Assembly (NCBI GenBank): GCA_038833255.1
Contig: JAWBIX010000018.1
Location: forward strand, 1-7,145
Direction of reading: 5' to 3'
DNA length: 7,145 nt
DNA from: Nanopusillaceae archaeon
GTDB lineage: Archaea; Nanobdellota; Nanobdellia; Nanobdellales; Nanobdellaceae
A model generated the notes under the pieces. The model made no database searches, was not told where the DNA came from, and saw nothing but the letters and a program-made list of their open reading frames with translations. The position numbers were made by a program, and so were the translations under genes. This document shows, one piece after another, positions 1 to 5,632 of the stretch. Each line of letters starts with the position of its first letter. The first letter of the stretch is position 1.

Positions 1-675
1 TTATTACTTAGAAATATAGAAAATAAACCTGTTAAAGCAAAAGTATTATTAGTATCTAGAGAACTAGGAATATATAGAGAGTCAGAAACAATAGAATTTG
101 ATCCTTTAGAAACAAAAAACTTAAAATTTGTAGTAAAAATACCTGAAAATATAGAACCAAGGAATTATAGTATTGAATTTATAGTTCAACATAATGTTGC
201 AACATACAGACAACTATATAGATTATACGTGGAAGGAGAAAAACCAAAACCAGTAGAAATTAGAATAATAGATCCAAAAATATTAGAATTAGGAAAAGAA
301 AATGAATTAAAAATAATATTTAAGTCTAATGTAGAATCATTAAATGAATTTAGATTAAGAATATTATCAGAGAATTTAGAAGTATCTTATCCAGAAACAG
401 TAACAATTGGTGGAAAAGGAAATATATTAGAAGTTCCAATAAAAATAAAACCAACATCCTATAAAGCAAAAATAGCTATAGAAGTTTATGGTATTGATGG
501 AAGCCTAGTATTTAGCGAAACAAAGGAAATAAAAGTTAAAATAGGAATGGAAGTAATTTATCGTTATGTAATTAAAGTATTAATGATTTTATTGTTAATA
601 ATATTAGGAATAATATTATATTACTATTTAGAAGCTAGAAAAAAGAAGAAAAGAAGAATAGAAAAGGCAGAATAG
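1..675 (+). CDS. 3' portion of a predicted cell-surface protein with tandem beta-sandwich (CARDB/NEW3-like) modules, a C-terminal transmembrane anchor and a polybasic tail; the 5' end lies upstream of the window
   Basis: Frame +1 has no stop from nt 1 to TAG 673-675. My translation of 1-228 is LLLRNIENKPVKAKVLLVSRELGIYRESETIEFDPLETKNLKFVVKIPENIEPRNYSIEFIVQHNVATYRQLYRLY, so the GTG at 229 is only the first start-like codon in the ORF track. Beta-strand-like alternating patterns (NLKFVVKIPENIEPRNYSIEFIV; ILEVPIKIKPTSYKAKIAIEVYG) resemble archaeal surface beta-sandwich repeats. The hydrophobic helix VIKVLMILLLIILGIILYYYL (nt 568-630) is followed by EARKKKKRRIEKAE. The fold assignment is by eye only. 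Confidence 0.6.
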   Translation, partial: LLLRNIENKPVKAKVLLVSRELGIYRESETIEFDPLETKNLKFVVKIPENIEPRNYSIEFIVQHNVATYRQLYRLYVEGEKPKPVEIRIIDPKILELGKENELKIIFKSNVESLNEFRLRILSENLEVSYPETVTIGGKGNILEVPIKIKPTSYKAKIAIEVYGIDGSLVFSETKEIKVKIGMEVIYRYVIKVLMILLLIILGIILYYYLEARKKKKRRIEKAE

Positions 676-676
676 C

Positions 677-708
677 TTTTTTATAATTAATTTTTTCAGA
701 TATTTTTT
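677..708 (+). terminator. Cluster of oligo-T tracts, a candidate archaeal intrinsic terminator for the upstream surface-protein gene
   Basis: T6 runs at 677-682, 691-696 and 703-708 begin 2 nt after the TAG stop. Archaeal RNA polymerase terminates at oligo-T tracts. Confidence 0.4.
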
Positions 709-748
709 ATTCATCATTTTTCAGACTGGGACAGCTTCTACATGATAT
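692..748 (-). ncRNA. Candidate C/D-box sRNA (motif layout only; the 5' C box is imperfect)
   Basis: The minus strand reads ATGTAGA (743-737) / 12 nt AGCTGTCCCAGT (736-725) / CTGA (724-721) / AAA / ATGATGA (717-711) / 11 nt ATAAAAAATAT (710-700) / CTGA (699-696). This gives C-like, 12-nt guide, D', 3-nt loop, perfect C', 11-nt guide, D. The spacing fits archaeal C/D sRNAs. Weaknesses are that the first box deviates from RUGAUGA, the second guide is pure A/U, and I found no convincing promoter. Confidence 0.25.
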
Positions 749-763
749 TAATAACTTTTATAT
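745..763 (+). promoter_or_regulatory. A/T-rich TATA-like elements upstream of the radical SAM gene; probably a leaderless or very short-leader mRNA
   Basis: ATATTAATAA (745-754) is centred about 26 nt before ATG 776. TTTTATAT (756-763) is too close to the ATG to serve it. There is no Shine-Dalgarno-like purine tract before the ATG. Confidence 0.25.
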
Positions 764-775
764 GAAAATTTATTA

Positions 776-1882
776 ATGAAAGAGGCAATTTTGTATAAAG
801 AAAAAGAAAAATATTTAGAATGTTTAGCTTGTAATAGGAGATGTAAGCTTGGAGATAAGCAAATAGGGTATTGTGGAGTTAGAGTAAATTTAAAAAATAA
901 GTTATATCTTTTAAATTGGGGTTTGTTTATTTCAGTTGCAATAGATCCTATAGAAAAGAAACCTCTTTATCATTTTTATCCTGGTTCGACAGCATTATCC
1001 TTAGGAACAACTGGTTGTTCTTTTTCTTGTATGTATTGTTTAAACTGGGATATTTCGCAAAGAAAAAAAATTGTTGGAATTAAGTTGGAACCAGAAGAAA
1101 TAATAGAATTGGCAAAAAAACATAATACAAAAATAATAACATTTACATATAATGAACCATCAATATATTCAGAATTTGCTTATGAAGTTTCTAAAATTGC
1201 TAAAAAAGAAGAAATAAAAATTACTTGGGTTTCTAATGGATATCTAACTGATGAAGCTATTGATTTTGCATCTAAATTTTTAGATGCAATCACTGTGGAT
1301 ATTAAAGGAAATGGAAATGAAGATTTTGCTAGAAGATATATTTTAACATTAAATTATGAATCTATATTTCAAACTATAGAAGAGCTATATAATAAAGGAG
1401 TGCATGTAGAAATAACAGATTTAGTAATTCCAGAAGTTGGTGATAATTTGGAAGATGCAAGAAAAATGTGTAAAAAAATATATGATATAATGGGGGAAAA
1501 ATCGAATATACACTTTTTAAGATTTTATCCAGAATATAAAATGACAAATTTATATCCTACACCATTAAAAACCTTGGAAAAACATGCAGAAATTGCTAAA
1601 GAAGAAGGAATTGTATATATTTATTTAGGTAATGTTCCAGGACATAAGTTAGAAAATACATATTGTCCAAAATGTAAGGCTCCTGTAATAAAAAGGAGAG
1701 GTTTTTTGGTTTATGAAATAAATTTAAATGAAAATAAATGTAAAAATTGTGGAGAAGAAATTTATATTATAGGAAATCCCAAAAAATCCGAAATCTATTA
1801 TCCAAAGCCATTATATATACATAAAAAAGTATTAGAAAGATACATAGATAACGATAATATAGTAGAGAGAGAATTACTCTAA
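776..1882 (+). CDS. amrS: AmmeMemoRadiSam-system radical SAM enzyme (PflA-like activase family)
   Basis: The CX3CX2C cluster motif GCSFSCMYC has Cys codons at 1016-1018, 1028-1030 and 1037-1039. The N-terminal Cys block is CLACNRRC...GYCGVR. The block DPIEKKPLYHFYPGS...LGTTGC is highly characteristic. The C-terminal zinc ribbon is CPKC...CKNC. Together these are the signature I recognise for the AmmeMemoRadiSam radical SAM family. The ORF is unambiguous at 368 aa. Confidence 0.85.
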   Translation: MKEAILYKEKEKYLECLACNRRCKLGDKQIGYCGVRVNLKNKLYLLNWGLFISVAIDPIEKKPLYHFYPGSTALSLGTTGCSFSCMYCLNWDISQRKKIVGIKLEPEEIIELAKKHNTKIITFTYNEPSIYSEFAYEVSKIAKKEEIKITWVSNGYLTDEAIDFASKFLDAITVDIKGNGNEDFARRYILTLNYESIFQTIEELYNKGVHVEITDLVIPEVGDNLEDARKMCKKIYDIMGEKSNIHFLRFYPEYKMTNLYPTPLKTLEKHAEIAKEEGIVYIYLGNVPGHKLENTYCPKCKAPVIKRRGFLVYEINLNENKCKNCGEEIYIIGNPKKSEIYYPKPLYIHKKVLERYIDNDNIVERELL

Positions 1883-2542
1883 ATGTGCTTTTTTTATTTT
1901 AAAAATTCCATAATTTTTTCCGATAATGATTTCATAATCATCTATAACTATTCTTTTCTTAAATAATGGCTGATAAATAACAGTTGTTTCAATTTCTCCC
2001 CCTTCTCCAGCTATGTTTATACCATATTTCTCATTTAATTCTTCCAATTTTTTTAAAATAGAATAATCTAAAATTTTTCCCAATAATTCTTTTTCGAATG
2101 GATATGCAAAAAAACCGGAAATAAGTACTTCAAATCCACTATCTATTAAAGATTTAATATATTTTTTTTCATCTATTTGCCATAAAGGCGCATAAAAATC
2201 CAATTTATATTTTTCACATATTTTCTTAATTTTTTCGTATTGAAACTTAGATTTTATTACACCACAAATAATTCCAGTTATGTTAAAATCTTTTTTTATT
2301 TCATAAATTGTATTTTCTAAATCAATCAATTCCTTTTTAGTATTAGTATAAAATTTATATAAGGGAATATTCATACTTTTTGCCTGTAGATCTACAATAT
2401 CTATATTTACGTGATGAAATAAATATGAATCCTCATCGGAAAAAGCAGATACTAGTAGTTTTATATCTTTGTTTTCTTTTTTTGATAAATATAAAGCATA
2501 ATTTGAATCTTTTCCACCAGAAAATAATACAGCATAAGACAT
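1874..2542 (-). CDS. dph6: Diphthine-ammonia ligase / N-type ATP pyrophosphatase (MJ0570/PF0828 family, Dph6 ATP-binding domain homologue)
   Basis: The N-terminus MSYAVLFSGGKDSNYALY carries the PP-loop SGGKDS (nt 2504-2521). The C-terminal motif is AGEGGEIET. At 222 aa it is colinear with the archaeal stand-alone Dph6-type proteins I recall (the PF0828 structure family). Confidence 0.85.
   Translation of the reverse strand: MSYAVLFSGGKDSNYALYLSKKENKDIKLLVSAFSDEDSYLFHHVNIDIVDLQAKSMNIPLYKFYTNTKKELIDLENTIYEIKKDFNITGIICGVIKSKFQYEKIKKICEKYKLDFYAPLWQIDEKKYIKSLIDSGFEVLISGFFAYPFEKELLGKILDYSILKKLEELNEKYGINIAGEGGEIETTVIYQPLFKKRIVIDDYEIIIGKNYGIFKIKKAHLE
1889..1900 (+). terminator. Oligo-T tract (T7 then T4) 7 nt after the radical SAM stop codon, lying inside the 3' end of the opposing gene
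   Basis: TTTTTTTATTTT at 1889-1900. On the other strand the same bases encode the KKAH-region tail of the Dph6-like protein. Confidence 0.35.
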
Positions 2543-2582
2543 AATTTTATATTTAAAAGAGTAATCTTAATTATACTTTGTT
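2543..2582. promoter_or_regulatory. 40-nt divergent control region shared by the Dph6-like gene and EF-2, with interleaved TATA-like boxes
   Basis: TTTTATATTTAAAA (2545-2558) is centred about 26 nt upstream of a TSS predicted a few nt before ATG 2583. On the other strand TATAATTAAG (reverse complement of 2566-2575) is centred about 26-29 nt from ATG 2542. Neither gene has an SD-like sequence. Confidence 0.4.
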
Positions 2583-4790
2583 ATGACTACTAAACTAACA
2601 GAAAAAGTTCTTGAATTAATGAATAAGCCAGAGCAAATTAGAAATATTGGAATCATAGCTCACATACATCATGGAAAAACAACGTTAACGGACAATTTAT
2701 TAGCTGGAGCAGGTATGTTAGCGGAAGATTTAGCTGGAGAGGCAATGTTTACGTGGTGGCATGAAACTGAAAGACAAAGAGAAATGACAGTTTATGGAGC
2801 TGCAGTTTCTATGGTTCACTCTTATGAAGGAAAAGAGTATTTAATAAATTTAATAGATACTCCAGGACATGTAGAATTTTCTGGTCAAGTTACAAGAGCT
2901 TGCAGAGCTATAGATGGTGCTATAGTAGTTGTAGATTTTGTAGATGGCGTAATGCCACAAACAGAATCGGTTTTAAGAACAGCTTTAAAAGAATATGTAA
3001 AACCAGTATTATTTATAAATAAAACAGACAGAGCAATAACAGAATTGAAATTACCTCCAGAAAAAATAGTTGAAAGAATAGGAAAAATAGTTATCGAAGT
3101 TAATAGATTAATTGAAAAATATGCTCCAGTAGAATTTAAAGATAAATGGAAGGTAAGTGTTCAAGATGGTACTGTTGCTTTTGGTTCTGCAAAATATCAC
3201 TGGGCCTTGTCTTTCCCATATATGAAAAAAAATAATGTTTCTTTTAAAGATATAATTGAAATATATAATGAAGCTAAGGATAATAAAGAGTTATTAAAAG
3301 AATTAATGAGACAAAAAGCTCCGGTAGCACAAGTAGTATTAGATATGGTAGTAAGACATTTGCCTTCTCCAGTTGAAGCTCAGAAATATAGAATAAAAAA
3401 GATATGGAAAGGTTCTATAGAATCTGATATTGGTAAAGCTATGATGAATCTTGATCCAAATGGACCAACAATAATAAATGTTACTAATGTTATAATTGAT
3501 AAAATTTCTAAACAAGAATTAGCAACGGCAAGAATATTTTCTGGAACACTAAGAAAGGGAGATGAAGTTTATCTTGCATCTCAAAACAGAAAAGTAAAGT
3601 TACAACAGTTAGCTATATGGAAGGGAATTCAAAGAATTCCTATAGAAGAAATAAAAGCTGGAAATATAGTGGCAATTTTGGGAGTCAGAGGATTGTATGC
3701 TGGTGAAACTTTAATTGGAAATGTTCAAAATCCAGAAACAGTTGAAACATTTGAGGATATAAAACATTGGCTAGAGCCGGTAGTTACAAAGTCTTTTGAA
3801 CCTAAAAATCCAAATGATTTATCCAAATTAATAGAAACTCTAAAATTACTTGAGAGAGAAGATCCTACGATAAAAGTAGAAATAAATCAAGAAACTGGAG
3901 AAATATTAGTATCTGGTTTGGGAGATTTGCATTTACAAATAATAGAATATAGAGTAGTTAATGATTTTGGTGTAGAAGTAACAACAGGTAACCCAATTGT
4001 TGTTTATAGAGAATCTGTTAGTAAACCTTCACAAGTTTATGAAGGAAAATCGCCAAATAAGCATAATAAGATCTATATACAAGTAGAACCGTTACCATAT
4101 GAAATATATCAAAAAATTAAAGAGTATGTTAGAGAAGGAAAGTTACCAGAAGGAAGAATAAAGAAAGAGGATGTTTGGAAAGTATTAGTGGAGACGGGAT
4201 TAGATAAAGAAGAAGCAAGAAGAGTGCAAATGATATATAATGGCTGTTTATTCATAGATATGACTAGAGGAATTGTGCATCTTCCTGAAGTTATAGAATC
4301 TATTATTACTGCTTTTAAGGAAGTTGTAGAAAGAGGACCAATAGCATGGGAACCATGTGTTATGTTAAAAGTAAAATTAATAGATGCTGTTTTGCATGAA
4401 GATGCAATACATAGAGGACCAGCGCAAATAATACCAGCAACTAAAGATGCTATTAAAGCAGCAATATTGGAAAATCCAATAATATATGAACCATTACAGA
4501 TAATAAGAGTTGATACTCCCCCAGAAACTGTAGGAGATGTAGTTTCATTGATTTCATCAAGAAGAGGACAAGTAATTAGTATGGATATAGAAGAAGATAG
4601 AGCAATAATAAAGGCAAAAATTCCTGTAGCAAATATGTTTGGATTTACGGACGAATTGAGAAGTATAACTTCTGGAAGGGGAGTTTGGTATTTAGAAGAC
4701 CAAGTATTTGAAAGATTACCCAAGGAACTAGAGGAAAATGTTATTAAGGAAATAAGAAAAAGAAAAGGAATTCCAGAAGGCGTTCACTAA
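2583..4790 (+). CDS. fusA: Translation elongation factor 2 (aEF-2)
   Basis: 735 aa, colinear with archaeal EF-2. G1 is AHIHHGKTT, G3 is DTPGHVEF, G4 is NKTD and G5 is FGSAK. The domain IV tip is EGKSPNKHNK. The diphthamide motif is LHEDAIHRGPAQ, with target His610 at nt 4410-4412. The C-terminal block is AIIKAKIPVANMFGF. Confidence 0.95.
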   Translation: MTTKLTEKVLELMNKPEQIRNIGIIAHIHHGKTTLTDNLLAGAGMLAEDLAGEAMFTWWHETERQREMTVYGAAVSMVHSYEGKEYLINLIDTPGHVEFSGQVTRACRAIDGAIVVVDFVDGVMPQTESVLRTALKEYVKPVLFINKTDRAITELKLPPEKIVERIGKIVIEVNRLIEKYAPVEFKDKWKVSVQDGTVAFGSAKYHWALSFPYMKKNNVSFKDIIEIYNEAKDNKELLKELMRQKAPVAQVVLDMVVRHLPSPVEAQKYRIKKIWKGSIESDIGKAMMNLDPNGPTIINVTNVIIDKISKQELATARIFSGTLRKGDEVYLASQNRKVKLQQLAIWKGIQRIPIEEIKAGNIVAILGVRGLYAGETLIGNVQNPETVETFEDIKHWLEPVVTKSFEPKNPNDLSKLIETLKLLEREDPTIKVEINQETGEILVSGLGDLHLQIIEYRVVNDFGVEVTTGNPIVVYRESVSKPSQVYEGKSPNKHNKIYIQVEPLPYEIYQKIKEYVREGKLPEGRIKKEDVWKVLVETGLDKEEARRVQMIYNGCLFIDMTRGIVHLPEVIESIITAFKEVVERGPIAWEPCVMLKVKLIDAVLHEDAIHRGPAQIIPATKDAIKAAILENPIIYEPLQIIRVDTPPETVGDVVSLISSRRGQVISMDIEEDRAIIKAKIPVANMFGFTDELRSITSGRGVWYLEDQVFERLPKELEENVIKEIRKRKGIPEGVH

Positions 4791-4793
4791 TCT

Positions 4794-5630
4794 TTATATT
4801 TTTGGTTGAATTATTTCTATGAAATAAAGGTAGGTTATATAACAAAGAGGTAAAATTACTAAATAAAAGAATAAAAGTTGATTTAGTATAGCGATGTTTC
4901 CCGAAACATAAGAAATTATAAAAGAAATAATTAATAAAATTAGTGGAAACATTGCAAAAATAAATGAGTAAAGTGTTATTAATGTATTTATTTTCTCGTT
5001 ATAGTTTTTTAGTAATATTTCATAATCTTTTATAGAATTTTTAGAATATACTTTAACAAATTCTAAGATACTCCCTCCACTTTTAATTGTAGAGTAAAGA
5101 CCATATAAAAATTCTTTTAATTTATATGATGGAGTTTTACTTGCTAATATTAATAATGCATTAATTAAATCATAACCCAAAACATCAATTAAGTTTATTA
5201 AAAATTTTAATTCATTACATAAATTTCCAAATTCTTTTCTCTTAGCTAAAAATCTAAAAACATCTATTATGTTAGAATTTGAGCTAATATAAACATAAAA
5301 ATAAAGAGAAAAAAGAGGAATATTTATATCTATTTCTCTTTTATAATCTTCTCTTGCTAAAATTGGATAAATGTAGAAGTAAAATATTGTTAAAAAGAAA
5401 ACAAAAATACCAAAAAGAACTGATATCAAAATTATTACTATATCTAAAAAATTTGTAATAAGATAAATTATAAATAATATAGATAGTGTAGATAGAGTAA
5501 ATGTGACAATAGAAAATATAAAAACGAAATTTACATATTTTTCAAAATCGTATTTTTTGAAATAAGTGTATGCAAGCAAATTTTTATTATCTTTATAAAA
5601 TTTTTTTATTTGTTCTTTTAATTTTTGCAT
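4794..5630 (-). CDS. FlaJ/TadC-like type IV filament platform membrane protein, half-size (single T2SS-F domain)
   Basis: 278 aa. Two N-terminal TM helices (FVFIFSIVTFTLSTLSILFIIYLI; IVIILISVLFGIFVFFLTIFYFYIYPIL) are followed by a soluble helical segment of roughly 120 aa (REIDINIPLF...ILEFVKVYSKNSIKDYEILLKNYNEK). Two C-terminal TM helices follow. This is the layout of one GspF/TadC repeat. The start codon lies 2 nt after the stop of the upstream secretion ATPase. Confidence 0.7.
   Translation of the reverse strand: MQKLKEQIKKFYKDNKNLLAYTYFKKYDFEKYVNFVFIFSIVTFTLSTLSILFIIYLITNFLDIVIILISVLFGIFVFFLTIFYFYIYPILAREDYKREIDINIPLFSLYFYVYISSNSNIIDVFRFLAKRKEFGNLCNELKFLINLIDVLGYDLINALLILASKTPSYKLKEFLYGLYSTIKSGGSILEFVKVYSKNSIKDYEILLKNYNEKINTLITLYSFIFAMFPLILLIISFIISYVSGNIAILNQLLFFYLVILPLCYITYLYFIEIIQPKI
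4799..4803 (+). terminator. T5 tract 9 nt after the EF-2 stop, inside the 3' end of the convergent platform gene
   Basis: The sequence is TAA (4788-4790) TCTTTATA then TTTTT (4799-4803). The two stop codons are only 3 nt apart, so any EF-2 terminator must lie within the opposing CDS. Confidence 0.3.
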
Positions 5631-5632
5631 TA

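Noticed and set aside
229-231. GTG at 229 as the start of the first CDS
   Set aside because: The same frame is open from nt 1, and the upstream translation continues the same domain-like sequence. The gene almost certainly starts upstream of the window.
692-725. The 9-nt direct repeat TTTTTCAGA (692-700 and 717-725) as a target-site duplication or mobile-element boundary
   Set aside because: Only 16 nt lie between the copies, and there are no inverted repeats or transposase. It is better explained as terminator T-tracts and/or the CUGA boxes of the candidate sRNA.
742-776. Mini-ORFs upstream of the radical SAM gene: ATG 742 gives MILITFI-stop, and ATG 762 gives MKIY-stop, the latter overlapping ATG 776 as TAATG
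   Set aside because: ATG and stop codons arise by chance very often in nearly pure A/T sequence. There is no RBS and conservation cannot be assessed. The mRNA is more likely leaderless from about 776.
776-1882. The idea that the radical SAM enzyme belongs to the diphthamide pathway (Dph2-like) because it abuts the Dph6-like gene
   Set aside because: Dph2 is a non-canonical radical SAM enzyme without a CX3CX2C motif. This protein carries the canonical motif plus the AmmeMemoRadiSam family blocks. Convergent orientation in a compact genome is weak linkage evidence.
4109-4723. A 204-aa minus-strand ORF in the six-frame track
   Set aside because: It lies entirely antisense within the highly conserved EF-2 coding region. 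Its low-complexity S/I/T/N-rich translation has no recognisable motifs. It is a typical shadow ORF of an A+T-rich gene.
2583-4790. A check of EF-2 for an intein, frameshift or recoding site
   Set aside because: The protein is colinear with archaeal EF-2 at the normal length. It has no inserted block and the reading frame is uninterrupted.
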